Assembly: GCA_031256725.1 (NCBI GenBank)
Contig: JAIRQE010000026.1
Location: forward strand, 1-32,000
Direction: 5' to 3'
From: Propionibacteriaceae bacterium
GTDB lineage: Bacteria > Actinomycetota > Actinomycetes > Propionibacteriales > Propionibacteriaceae
Length of the DNA: 32,000 bases
In this document: positions 14,592 to 23,646 of the stretch, piece after piece
Layout of the letters: every line of letters starts with the position of its first letter
Position numbering within the stretch: the first letter of the stretch is position 1
Notes under the pieces: model-generated
Databases searched by the model: none
Seen by the model: only the letters and a program-made list of their open reading frames with translations
What the model was told of the DNA's origin: nothing
Made by a program: the position numbers and the translations under genes

Positions 14592-14616
14592 GTGTACAAC
14601 CAACCAAGGAGACGCA

Positions 14617-15603
14617 ATGAAATTACGCCGCCTGCTGCCCGCTCTCGCGACAATGGCAGCTCTTAGCCTGGGCCTGTCGGCCTGCGGTACCCCTGCCGAA
14701 AAAGAAGACCCGGCTGCAACTGAAACCTTTAACATCGGTGTTGCCGTTATCGTCGCCCACCCAGCTCTTGAAGCTGCTCAGGCTGGATTTGAAGAAGTCC
14801 TCGCTGAGGAGGGTGTTGACTACAAGATTCAATTCGAAAATGCTCAAGGTGATCCTGCCAACGCTCCAACTATTGCAACCGTGCTTGCTGGTAACGCTGA
14901 TATTGATCTCTTCCTTGCGATCTCGACTCCTGTCGCAGTGGCTATGGCGAGCGCAGAGCAGACCCGTCCGATCCTCTTCACTGCTGTGACTGATCCGGTT
15001 GCTGATGGGCTTGTTCCCTCATGGGACGCGGCAGCACCCAACATGACTGGTACCTCGGATAAGAATCCAGGAGCTTTGCCTGTTCATCTCATTCAGGAGA
15101 TTATGCCTGATGTGAAGACTATCGGTGTTCTCTACACCTCATCTGAGTCCAACTCCCTGTCTCAGGTAGAGGACTACAAGAAGGAAGCTGCCGAACTCGG
15201 CATCACCATCAAGGAGCAGGGTATCACTGCTGCCTCTGAAGTTTCTGTTGGTCTGTCCGCGCTGGCTGATGTTGACGCTATCCTCATCCCAACAGACAAT
15301 ACCGTTGTTGCTGCCATCGCTTCAGTGATCGCTTTCGGGCAAGAGAACAAGATCCCTGTGTTCTGTGCAGATTCTTCCACTGTTGAAGCTGGTACAGTCG
15401 CAACTCGTGGTCTCAATTATCATGACCTCGGTCGTCGCACTGGTGAAATGGCTGTCGGCATCCTCCGTGATGGCAAGACTGTCGCTGATTTCGCACCTGA
15501 GGCTCCAGTGAGCACCGACTTGTCAATCAGCAAGGCCGCTGCCGAGTCCTTTGGGATAACTCTCCCCGATGCTCTCATCGCGGAGGCGAAGACCACCTTC
15601 TGA
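14617..15603 (+). CDS. ABC transporter substrate-binding lipoprotein (ABC_sub_bind / COG2984 type)
   Basis: It has a signal peptide with lipobox LSAC (MKLRRLLPALATMAALSLGLSACG). The family-like motif NIGVAVIVAHPALEAAQAGFEEVL is present. AAGGAG lies upstream. Confidence 0.85.
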   Translation: MKLRRLLPALATMAALSLGLSACGTPAEKEDPAATETFNIGVAVIVAHPALEAAQAGFEEVLAEEGVDYKIQFENAQGDPANAPTIATVLAGNADIDLFLAISTPVAVAMASAEQTRPILFTAVTDPVADGLVPSWDAAAPNMTGTSDKNPGALPVHLIQEIMPDVKTIGVLYTSSESNSLSQVEDYKKEAAELGITIKEQGITAASEVSVGLSALADVDAILIPTDNTVVAAIASVIAFGQENKIPVFCADSSTVEAGTVATRGLNYHDLGRRTGEMAVGILRDGKTVADFAPEAPVSTDLSISKAAAESFGITLPDALIAEAKTTF

Positions 15604-15625
15604 CCAAGAGTGTAGGCTACTACCC

Positions 15626-16669
15626 ATGTTGGGTGCCATTGATCAAGGTTTAATAACGGCATTACTTGCCTTAGGTGTTTTCCTCACTTTCAGGATCTTG
15701 AACTTTGCAGACCTAACAGTAGATGGCTCTTTCGCAACGGGTACGGCCACCGCTGCCGTCATTATCTTTAATGGCGGATCACCAGTGGTGGCCACCCTTG
15801 CTGGGCTCATTGCTGGAGCCCTCGCCGGTTTAGTAACCGGCTTTTTGCATACCAAGGCCCATATTGATCCACTCCTGAGTTCCATTCTCGTGATGCTCGC
15901 GCTTTACACTGTGAACACACGAATACTGTGGATGGCGGGCTCTGATGGAAGGCGCCCGAGTACAGTGGCCCTCCTCAACAAAGAACATATCTTCACATGG
16001 TTGATCAAAGCCGGATTGAGAGGATCAGCGACCTCCATCCTGTTCATTGGTGTGATAGTTATTGTCGTCTTGCTGATTGTGAATTGGTTCCTGTCTACGA
16101 AGTTCGGTCTGGCTATCATGGCCACAGGAGATAACCCTGCGATGGCCTCAGCTATGGGCATTAGTACCGACTACACCAAGATCGTTACACTCATGGTCTC
16201 CAACGGTCTCGTTGGCATGGCAGGCGCAATGTGGGCCCAATACAACGGTAATGCAGCTGTGGGAGATGGTACAGGCCTCATCCTCGTAGGCTTGGCTTCA
16301 GTCATCCTAGGAAACGCCATCTTCGGTACACGCTACGTCTGGCTCATGACCATAGGCGTTGTCGTCGGTGCTGTGCTTTACCGGTTGGCGATCTACTGGG
16401 CCTTGCGTTCACCCTTCCTGGACGCCTCTGATATGAAGTTCTTCTCAGCCACATTGGTGGTTATAGCCTTGGTTCTCTCCCAATGGAAGGGTGCTCAAGC
16501 TTTGGTTACGAAGTTATCGCCGTGGCGCCCCAAGGAGGATACTCCCGAACCTATGGCGAGCGTGCCGAACCAGTTCTCTCCCTTTGCGGAGGTTGATGGG
16601 GCACACCAGTCGGTTTCACGTAAACCAGGTCACGCGACCCCAACCGAGCAGACTGAGAGGGCCCAGTAA
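15626..16669 (+). CDS. ABC transporter permease (COG4120 type)
   Basis: Starting at ATG 15626, the sequence reads MLGAIDQGLITALLALGVFLTFRILNFADLTVDGSF and is followed by multiple TM helices. The track start at 15569 overlaps the upstream gene. Confidence 0.85.
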   Translation: MLGAIDQGLITALLALGVFLTFRILNFADLTVDGSFATGTATAAVIIFNGGSPVVATLAGLIAGALAGLVTGFLHTKAHIDPLLSSILVMLALYTVNTRILWMAGSDGRRPSTVALLNKEHIFTWLIKAGLRGSATSILFIGVIVIVVLLIVNWFLSTKFGLAIMATGDNPAMASAMGISTDYTKIVTLMVSNGLVGMAGAMWAQYNGNAAVGDGTGLILVGLASVILGNAIFGTRYVWLMTIGVVVGAVLYRLAIYWALRSPFLDASDMKFFSATLVVIALVLSQWKGAQALVTKLSPWRPKEDTPEPMASVPNQFSPFAEVDGAHQSVSRKPGHATPTEQTERAQ

Positions 16670-17457
16670 TGCTGAGAATAACTGGCGTCTCCAAGACTTT
16701 CTATCCGGGAACAGCCAACGAGCGTGTTGCCCTGAACAATGTTTCACTCCACCTTGATGAGGGCGATTTCGTCACCATCATCGGGTCCAATGGTGCTGGG
16801 AAGTCGACCCTGTTGAACATCATCAGCGGTACCCTCTCTGTTGACGAAGGCTCGGTTGTCATTGATGGCAAGGATGTCACCAAGCACAGCGAATACCGCC
16901 GAGCTTCCGGAATTGCACGCGTCTTCCAGGATCCTTCAGCAGGTACAGCCCCCCACCTGTCGATTGAGGAAAACCTGGCTGTGGCTCTGAATAGGGGCAA
17001 GCGTCACACGTTGGCGCGAGGACTTACCAAGGCGCGACGTGAAGATTTCCGTACACATCTGGCCACCCTAGAACAGGGGCTAGAAAACCGTATGAAGCAT
17101 CGCGTGGGCCTCCTTTCAGGTGGTCAACGTCAGGCATTGAGCTTGCTGATGGCTTCCTTCACACACCCACGTTTGCTCCTGCTTGATGAACATACTGCCG
17201 CCCTTGATCCTGAGCGTGCAGAGTTGGTACTCAAGCTCACAGCTCAGAAGGTGGGCGAACAGGGCTTGACTGCGCTCATGGTTACCCACAATATGGATCA
17301 TGCATTAAGAATGGGTAACCGACTTCTGATGATGCATGAAGGTCGCATCGTACACACCTTGAATGCTGAAGAAAAGGCGAATGCCGCGATCACAGATCTG
17401 CTGGAATTGTTCAGCCGTGAAAAGGGGAGTCTGTCCGACCGTACCCTCCTCAGCTAG
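16669..17457 (+). CDS. ABC transporter ATP-binding protein (COG1101 type)
   Basis: Walker A GSNGAGKST, signature LSGGQRQ and Walker B LLLLDEHTAALD are present. The start overlaps the permease stop (TAATG). Confidence 0.9.
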   Translation: MLRITGVSKTFYPGTANERVALNNVSLHLDEGDFVTIIGSNGAGKSTLLNIISGTLSVDEGSVVIDGKDVTKHSEYRRASGIARVFQDPSAGTAPHLSIEENLAVALNRGKRHTLARGLTKARREDFRTHLATLEQGLENRMKHRVGLLSGGQRQALSLLMASFTHPRLLLLDEHTAALDPERAELVLKLTAQKVGEQGLTALMVTHNMDHALRMGNRLLMMHEGRIVHTLNAEEKANAAITDLLELFSREKGSLSDRTLLS

Positions 17458-17462
17458 GAACC

Positions 17463-18446
17463 CTAGGCTTTCGGTACGAGCCTTAGCAGCGTAGCCTCAG
17501 GAGGGCAGCAGAAGCGGTAGGGAGCCTTGGGTGAGGTACCCAGCCCTCCAGAAACATGAAGATAGGTTTCACCGTCACCATGGCGATGGGTGGACAACCC
17601 TTTTGCCTTCCCACGAGGAAGATCACAGTTCGTCGTTAAGGCATGACCTCCAGGAAGACAGACCTGCCCACCGTGGGTGTGCCCTGCGAAAATGAGCTCG
17701 GCTCCATCCTCGACCATATGGTTGAGGACCTTCTGATAAGGGGAATGGGTGACACCAATCAGCAGGTCGGCATTACAGTCGCCCATCACATCTGGATAGT
17801 TATCGTGGCCCATGTGGGCATCAGAACAGCCGCGGAACTCAATCGTCGTGTCCCTAATGGTGTAGCGCAAACCTGACCCCTCAGCGTTGGCCCAACCCGC
17901 ACTGTCAAACAAGTCTTCAATAGCATCAGTGGGAATGGGTACCCGTGGTTCGGGAGAGGAAGGTACCGCAAACAGAGACTCAACCCATCGGTTGGGTTCC
18001 CTTGTCGGTTCAACCCTATTCGCAGGGTGAAGATAGGGCGCAGAGGAGCCAGCCAAATAGCTCAGGGGGTTGATGGGACGAGCACCATGGAAATCATTCG
18101 ACCCGAGTACATAGATCCCCGGAACATCGGATAAGGGTGTCAGTGCGCGGGCCAAGGCCAATAGGGCATCAGGCTCGGCCATGTTGTCACCGGTGTTGAT
18201 GACGAAGTCTGGATGAAGCTCAGCTAGACCGCGTACCCAGGCCACCTTCTTGGTTTGGGAAGCCAGAAGATGCAGATCAGAGATGTGAAGTATGGTGACC
18301 GGTTCATGATCCGGCGGAAGTACAGGAACACGTACACGGCGAAGGGTGAAGGCATTAACCTCCACGAAGACTCCGTATGCCAGACATCCAGCAGCACCTA
18401 CTCCCAGAAGTCCGAGAATCGAGGCCACGATTGTTGATGGTCTCAT
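17463..18446 (-). CDS. Membrane-anchored metallophosphoesterase (calcineurin-like)
   Basis: An N-terminal TM helix is followed by the motifs HISDLHL, NTGDN, GSNDFH and GHTHGGQV. Confidence 0.85.
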   Translation of the reverse strand: MRPSTIVASILGLLGVGAAGCLAYGVFVEVNAFTLRRVRVPVLPPDHEPVTILHISDLHLLASQTKKVAWVRGLAELHPDFVINTGDNMAEPDALLALARALTPLSDVPGIYVLGSNDFHGARPINPLSYLAGSSAPYLHPANRVEPTREPNRWVESLFAVPSSPEPRVPIPTDAIEDLFDSAGWANAEGSGLRYTIRDTTIEFRGCSDAHMGHDNYPDVMGDCNADLLIGVTHSPYQKVLNHMVEDGAELIFAGHTHGGQVCLPGGHALTTNCDLPRGKAKGLSTHRHGDGETYLHVSGGLGTSPKAPYRFCCPPEATLLRLVPKA

Positions 18447-18458
18447 CTAAACCAATCT

Positions 18459-20897
18459 CTAGTTGTGGATAAGGACATGGTTGCCATTGGACAACCAATC
18501 AAAGACTGATTTGGCATCAGCTTCACGCAGGTTGAGGCAACCATGGGATACGGGGGTTCCAAAGTTTTCATGCCAGTACGCGGTATGGAAACCATAGTCT
18601 CCCTTGAACCATGTGAGCCATCGTACATTGGGGAAGGAGTAGCATTCACCACCTGCACACCCTCGTACAGTTTGGATCCTGGTTTTCGCATAGACCCGGA
18701 AGGTACCCGTGGGAGTCTCTGTTCCTGGGGCGCCCGAACTCATAACAAAGGAGGCGGAAGGAGTACTGCCATTCATGAGGGTAACCGTTTGGGTGGTGAG
18801 ATTCACATCAGCCCAATGGCTGGAGGCTGAGCCCTGGGGTGGTGCTGGAATGGTTTGAAGGGTCTCCTCGACTGTGAAAGGAACCTCATCGAAGGTCAAC
18901 TCACTCGCAGTGTTCGTGGCCTCAGTCAAGCAGTAAAGAATCTGTTCGGGAAGGGTCTCAGAATTGGTGAGCGTCCTACCAGGTGCTCCCTCGGAGACCA
19001 CGCGTAGCACATTCCCGCTTTGATCCACTGTAACCACGCGAGCTTCAGGCTTTAGATCGACCGCATCAACGAGGTACTCCTGGACGAACTCAGTGATCTG
19101 ATCGATATTGTATCCAGGTGCCAAACCCACATCTGAGTTCAGGGACAGGATCGTAAGGGAAGCTATATCCCACGGAGTCAGAGTGTAGATCGTCTCCTCA
19201 CCGCGGGTGAATGAGCATTGAGTCGCAAGGCGCTGATTAGCCCAGGCTTGGGCATCAGCTGCTTGTTCATCACTGACCAAGGGTTCAGCAACAGTTGGGA
19301 CAATCGTGAACGTTGGATCCTCGTCAGTGGTGGACAATGTCTCTTGGATGAAGGCTAGCTCCTCTTGGGCAATGCCTGTTCCCAAAGCTGATTCAGTGAG
19401 ATCATAAAGATGGGTTTCGGCGTTATAAGTCAGCCCAGCATTAATGGGGGACTCGAAACTGTCGGGATAATTCTCGGCTAACCAGGAATTGAATTGGTGA
19501 CGGTCGATATTCAGATCAAGAGGGATACTCGTGGGGCGATTGAAACGGTAGATCCACAAGAGTTGGTTGACCGCATTCTCAACATCAGCCTGCACCACAC
19601 TCTCGTTGATAGTGATCCCGAGGTCGGCGGCTGAGGCTTGGCGAGTTTCACCAGCAACACTGAGATTGAGGTTCATGGCTGCGGCAGTTTTTATAAGGAA
19701 GGCATCAACTTCGTCGAGAGGCATTCCTGAGATGTCTGTACCACCGAGTGTGACTCCAGGCAGTACACGTTCAGAGTAGAGATAATCCATGAGGAATCCG
19801 AGGCCCAGGGCAACGATGAGCGACCCCAAACAGACAGAAATGATGATGACAGGAGTCCGCTTGCGACGCTTGACCACTGCACGTTTCGGGATGGATTTCT
19901 TCCCTAAGTTTTGGGTACGAGGGTTTGATGTGGTCGTGGATGGCTGTGGACGCGAAGATGATGGACGGTATGAACTCGGCTGGGGGCTTCGAGTTGTCTG
20001 GGATGGGCGCGTTGATGATCGACCTTCGCGGGGGCGTCGCCGGGTACCAAAATCCTCATCAAAGGGTTCAAACTCCAGGTGTTGCTGTGGACTCAATGAT
20101 TGGGGTTGTATGGGTCGGGAACCTTCACGAGGGTTGCCAGAGTTGAGTGGCTCGGGGGGATCATAGCGACTCTGCCGCCATTGTGGTCGCTCGGTTGGTT
20201 GGTTTGCCCCAGTCAATGGGTGCTGCGTATGAGGAGACCTGGGTTGACGCGTGGAATCTTCCGGGGATGACTGAGATCGGATTCTTGGACTCGACGTGTT
20301 TGATGGTTCTGGATCGGAGGATGGGTACCTTCTAGGGTAGTCGCCCCTGGGGGTTTGCGGGTCTTGAGCTCTTGATGGGCATGATGGATCTGGAGATCTT
20401 CTTGAGGGGTTCTCGATTGGTTGAGGGCGTGGGGCCCTGGAAGGGCGAGGATCGATGGGTGAGTACCCTGGTGAAGGATATTCATCGTTGGGTGGTCTGG
20501 ATTGAGGTACCCGTGGCTGCGGATCAGGATCAACGGATTCCCGATAGGCCCGAGTGGTGGGGGATTGGTAAATCTCCGAGGATCGGGAACGAGGCCCTAA
20601 TGATGTTTGAGGCTCACGGGAGGATTGCGGCTGGCGGGGCCTGAAAGGTTCGCGAGACTGATATTCCTGATTGATGGATGGTTGATACTCAACCGAACCG
20701 AATGAACGACCCCTTGGTACCTCTTCTGTTGGAGCAGAAAGCTGAGTTGGAGGTACTGGTGGGAACTGTTCAAGATGTGGCTGTGGATTCTGGGCGGGTG
20801 GCCTGTGTCGAGCCAACTGGGGGAAGCCCTCACTGTTCTGCGAGGTATGAGGATTGCGTGGAAATGGATCTTGGGGCGCACCAGAACCCGGGCGCAA
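18459..20897 (-). CDS. L,D-transpeptidase (YkuD) family protein with a long Pro-rich N-terminal tail
   Basis: The C-terminal YkuD catalytic motif is YGFHTAYWHENFGTPVSHGCLNLR. A single TM helix (VIIISVCLGSLIVALGLGFLM) follows ~340 aa of P/S/R/Q-rich sequence. The TTG start at 20897 is uncertain. Confidence 0.8.
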   Translation of the reverse strand: MRPGSGAPQDPFPRNPHTSQNSEGFPQLARHRPPAQNPQPHLEQFPPVPPTQLSAPTEEVPRGRSFGSVEYQPSINQEYQSREPFRPRQPQSSREPQTSLGPRSRSSEIYQSPTTRAYRESVDPDPQPRVPQSRPPNDEYPSPGYSPIDPRPSRAPRPQPIENPSRRSPDPSCPSRAQDPQTPRGDYPRRYPSSDPEPSNTSSPRIRSQSSPEDSTRQPRSPHTQHPLTGANQPTERPQWRQSRYDPPEPLNSGNPREGSRPIQPQSLSPQQHLEFEPFDEDFGTRRRPREGRSSTRPSQTTRSPQPSSYRPSSSRPQPSTTTSNPRTQNLGKKSIPKRAVVKRRKRTPVIIISVCLGSLIVALGLGFLMDYLYSERVLPGVTLGGTDISGMPLDEVDAFLIKTAAAMNLNLSVAGETRQASAADLGITINESVVQADVENAVNQLLWIYRFNRPTSIPLDLNIDRHQFNSWLAENYPDSFESPINAGLTYNAETHLYDLTESALGTGIAQEELAFIQETLSTTDEDPTFTIVPTVAEPLVSDEQAADAQAWANQRLATQCSFTRGEETIYTLTPWDIASLTILSLNSDVGLAPGYNIDQITEFVQEYLVDAVDLKPEARVVTVDQSGNVLRVVSEGAPGRTLTNSETLPEQILYCLTEATNTASELTFDEVPFTVEETLQTIPAPPQGSASSHWADVNLTTQTVTLMNGSTPSASFVMSSGAPGTETPTGTFRVYAKTRIQTVRGCAGGECYSFPNVRWLTWFKGDYGFHTAYWHENFGTPVSHGCLNLREADAKSVFDWLSNGNHVLIHN

Positions 20898-21088
20898 CCA
20901 TTCGCCCTCGCTGTAAGAACCTGACCTGTCAGGCAGGAGTCCTCCTTCATCCGGGCTTGATTAAGCCCATCCAGGCTTGCGAGTATTTTACTGCGATTTC
21001 AGGAATTTGTCTCTTTTCTTGGAGTACCCTGGGTCTGGTTGGATGAGAGTGCGACCAGGAGAGTTTGCATAGCGGATAGAGTGGTCTC

Positions 21089-21247
21089 ATGACTACATGG
21101 GAGTACGCAACCGTACCTTTGTTAATACATGCGACCAAGCAGATCCTTGATACCTGGGGTAAGGACGGCTGGGAACTTGTCACCGTTTTGCCTTTGCCAG
21201 ATGGGAATCCGCTGGCTTTCCTGAAGCGTCCCACAGGGACTGCATGA
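21089..21247 (+). CDS. Small conserved protein, DUF4177-like
   Basis: 52-aa ORF below the track cutoff: MTTWEYATVPLLIHATKQILDTWGKDGWELVTVLPLPDGNPLAFLKRPTGTA. Its stop overlaps the nth start (ATGA). Confidence 0.6.
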   Translation: MTTWEYATVPLLIHATKQILDTWGKDGWELVTVLPLPDGNPLAFLKRPTGTA

Positions 21248-21942
21248 TGGCTCGGCCATCGGTGGCCAAGCGTGAGAAAGCAGCGACCGTACTTGGGATC
21301 CTTGAAGAAACCTATCCCGATGCGACCTGTGAGCTGAAGTTTTCCTCCGCATTCCAGTTGCTGACGGCGACGATCCTGTCGGCGCAATGTACCGACCGGG
21401 GAGTGAACGCAGTAACACCTGAATTGTTTGGGCGCTACCCTGAACCGACCCAATTAGCGGAAGCTGACCGCAGCGACGTGGAGAGGATCATTCACTCCAC
21501 GGGTTTCTACCGAGCGAAGACCGACTCGATCATTCGTATGAGCCAGATGCTTTTGGCTGAGTTTTCAGGCGAGGTACCGCAGACCCTCGATGAATTGGTG
21601 ACCCTGCCTGGTGTGGGTCGCAAGACTGCCAACGTGGTCCTGGGTGAGTGGTTTGGGGTACCAGGGATCACCACTGATACTCATGTACTGAGATTGTCGA
21701 GACGGCTGGGATGGTCGAAACTGAAAGACCCTGTGAAGGTGGAGGCGGATCTGTGTGCGCTCTTCCCCGAACAGACGTGGATCTCGCTATGTCGGGTGAC
21801 TATTTGGCATGGGCGTCGGCGCTGCCATGCTCGTCGTCCTGCCTGTGGTGCCTGTCTTGTTGCGGAGCTCTGCCCCTCGTTTGGTGAGGGTGAGGTGGAT
21901 CCAGTCAAGGCACAAGCACTTGTGAGTGTACCTGTGGGGTGA
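21244..21942 (+). CDS. nth: Endonuclease III
   Basis: It has the HhH-GPD motif LPGVGRKTANVVL and a C-terminal 4Fe-4S ligand pattern C-x6-C-x2-C-x5-C (CHARRPACGACLVAELC). Confidence 0.9.
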   Translation: MMARPSVAKREKAATVLGILEETYPDATCELKFSSAFQLLTATILSAQCTDRGVNAVTPELFGRYPEPTQLAEADRSDVERIIHSTGFYRAKTDSIIRMSQMLLAEFSGEVPQTLDELVTLPGVGRKTANVVLGEWFGVPGITTDTHVLRLSRRLGWSKLKDPVKVEADLCALFPEQTWISLCRVTIWHGRRRCHARRPACGACLVAELCPSFGEGEVDPVKAQALVSVPVG

Positions 21943-22212
21943 ACTTGGCCTGGTCTTGTTCTGGATACTGCGACCACTAGGTTCCGCGCAGGATGACGTA
22001 GGCCGCGTGGAATGACTTGGGAGCTACAGGATCACTTGTCCTGTCATCGTCACTTTGTCATCACCACTTATCCAAGGAACCCTGCGCGAGTCGAAGAATC
22101 TAGATATCGGAGAATTGCAATTCGGTCGCACTGTCTGGATACTATGACTGGCGTGCGGATGACGTGGAGGGCGAGGTCAGGACTGGTAGTCTGGTGGGGT
22201 CAAGGAGGAAAC

Positions 22213-22764
22213 ATGGCTAGCCCAACCGAGATCTCTGATCTTCTGAACAGCATCACGAGAGATATTCGTACCATCATCTCCGATGAGATTGCGCTCGTGA
22301 AAGCTGAAATTAAACCAGCAGTACGTCATGTCGGTGTCGGATCGGGCATGTTCGGTGCGGCGGCCTATTTCGCAATCTCGGCGACAATCATCCTCTGGTT
22401 CGTCTTTGCGGCAGGGTTTGCATGGCTCTATGCCTCCGTGACCTCGCTGAGTGCATGGGGGGCGGCCTTCTGGGGAATGTTCACTGCCATGTTCCTTGTT
22501 CTTATCATCGCTGGGGTCTTTGTCGTGATCGGTTTGAAGAACTTCAAGCAAGTACGCGGCCCCGAAAAAGCACCAGAGTCGATCGGGAAGACCTTCAGTG
22601 CCTTTGCCTCAGGTCTGGAAGATGGTGGCAACCGCGTCAAGGCGGAGGTAAGCGGTCGATCAGCCGATGAATGGATTTCCTCGCGCCCTGTAGCTCCTGT
22701 TGGTGGACAAACCAGGACCATTGAGGATGACCCTCTCCGTACTGATCTACAGGGAAAACGTTAA
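22213..22764 (+). CDS. Phage-holin-family / actinobacterial Holin-X-like membrane protein
   Basis: The ATG at 22213 is preceded by AAGGAGGAA, so the track start at 22012 is rejected. An amphipathic N-terminus (ISDLLNSITRDIRTIISDEIALVKAEIK) is followed by two TM helices. Confidence 0.55.
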   Translation: MASPTEISDLLNSITRDIRTIISDEIALVKAEIKPAVRHVGVGSGMFGAAAYFAISATIILWFVFAAGFAWLYASVTSLSAWGAAFWGMFTAMFLVLIIAGVFVVIGLKNFKQVRGPEKAPESIGKTFSAFASGLEDGGNRVKAEVSGRSADEWISSRPVAPVGGQTRTIEDDPLRTDLQGKR

Positions 22765-23496
22765 TCCTTCATTTCCGGGAATCAGCGGGGTCGTCAAAGT
22801 GGATTGATCGACTTGGGCCCTCCAGCATTGGATCTGGTAAGGCAATTGCAGGGGATCCGGTATACGGGCATACAGGTCATACAACTCGGCGATCTCTTCC
22901 AGCATCCTTGTGCGGCGATCCTCATCCAGATCCTCGGCACCAGGAGTTTGGCAGGCAGCCTCTTGAAGTTGGGTACGGGTGGAAGGAACCCAAAGTCTGA
23001 AACTGACTTTTTCCACTGCCGTGTAGTAGGCGGCACTCGACAATGCTGACGCTGAGTAGGAACCATAGTCACTCGACATCGCATTAGGGATATAGAATTG
23101 TACTATCCTCTTCAGTTTGCTCACCCACGGTACAGAATCATCACGCGTCAGGTAGGCCAAAGCAACCCGCCCATGGGGTTTCAAAACCCTAGCCCATTCA
23201 CCCAAGGCCAACCCAGGGGCGAAGGTATGAAAGTTTTGGACCGCAAGAACCACATCAAAACAGGATGGATCAAAGGGAAGGGATTCAGGCATCCCAGCAA
23301 TCACATGGGCACCTGGAGTCAGCATCGCGACCTTGCGCAAAATATCGAGACTAGGGTCGACTACTGTCACAGAATGCCCAGCTCGGGAAAGAATGGATGC
23401 ATAACCACCCGCACCCCCAACCAGTAAAACGGTTGCGCGCTCAGATCCGACAAGCCATTCAAGGGCCACGGGTGGGAGCATCGTAACAGAAGCCAT
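22747..23496 (-). CDS. Class I SAM-dependent methyltransferase
   Basis: It has a Gly-rich motif I-like VLLVGGAGGYASILSRAGHSVTVVDPS and later VLKPHGRV. Its 3' end overlaps the convergent gene by 18 nt. Confidence 0.65.
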   Translation of the reverse strand: MASVTMLPPVALEWLVGSERATVLLVGGAGGYASILSRAGHSVTVVDPSLDILRKVAMLTPGAHVIAGMPESLPFDPSCFDVVLAVQNFHTFAPGLALGEWARVLKPHGRVALAYLTRDDSVPWVSKLKRIVQFYIPNAMSSDYGSYSASALSSAAYYTAVEKVSFRLWVPSTRTQLQEAACQTPGAEDLDEDRRTRMLEEIAELYDLYARIPDPLQLPYQIQCWRAQVDQSTLTTPLIPGNEGLTFSL

Positions 23497-23555
23497 GTGT
23501 GAACTGTACAGATAAACCCATGCTCAAACCATGTATTCCCACGCGTAAGAGTGCT

Positions 23556-23597
23556 AGTTGTCCACAGGTTTCTTTTTCCAAACATAGTTATCCACAG
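23556..23597 (+). promoter_or_regulatory. Pair of DnaA-box-like 12-mers (AGTTGTCCACAG at 23556-23567, AGTTATCCACAG at 23586-23597) upstream of ssd
   Basis: Read directly from the sequence. They are direct repeats spaced 30 bp start to start, 50-91 nt upstream of the ATG at 23647, in the divergent intergenic region shared with the methyltransferase gene. Confidence 0.4.
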
Positions 23598-23646
23598 ATT
23601 CTGCATTCCGTGACAATTCAAGGCGGCGAACCACAATAGCTAGGGT

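Noticed and set aside
14446-14616. T-box or riboswitch leader upstream of the ABC importer
   Set aside because: The leader is only ~170 nt in total. I could not find a specifier-loop or T-box consensus or a known riboswitch core. Only a simple GC hairpin is present.
20947-21453. Minus-strand ORFs 20947..21453 and 21122..21418
   Set aside because: They are antisense to the well-supported DUF4177 and nth genes, and their translations are Arg/Pro/Cys-rich.
22012-22212. Upstream 67 codons of track ORF 22012..22764
   Set aside because: The extension has no membrane or holin-like features. A strong AAGGAGGAA Shine-Dalgarno sequence precedes the internal ATG at 22213, where the conserved-looking N-terminus begins.
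22747-22764. 18-nt convergent overlap between the holin-like gene and the methyltransferase gene
   Set aside because: The overlap is real in the sequence, but short 3' overlaps of convergent genes are common in compact actinobacterial genomes. I saw no additional structure there.
23500-23646. Idea that the DnaA-box pair marks a replication origin (oriC)
   Set aside because: There are only two boxes per cluster. No dnaA/dnaN/rpmH genes are nearby, and no obvious AT-rich unwinding element or box array is present. The location, inside a conserved operon neighbourhood and duplicated 3.8 kb away, fits transcriptional control better.
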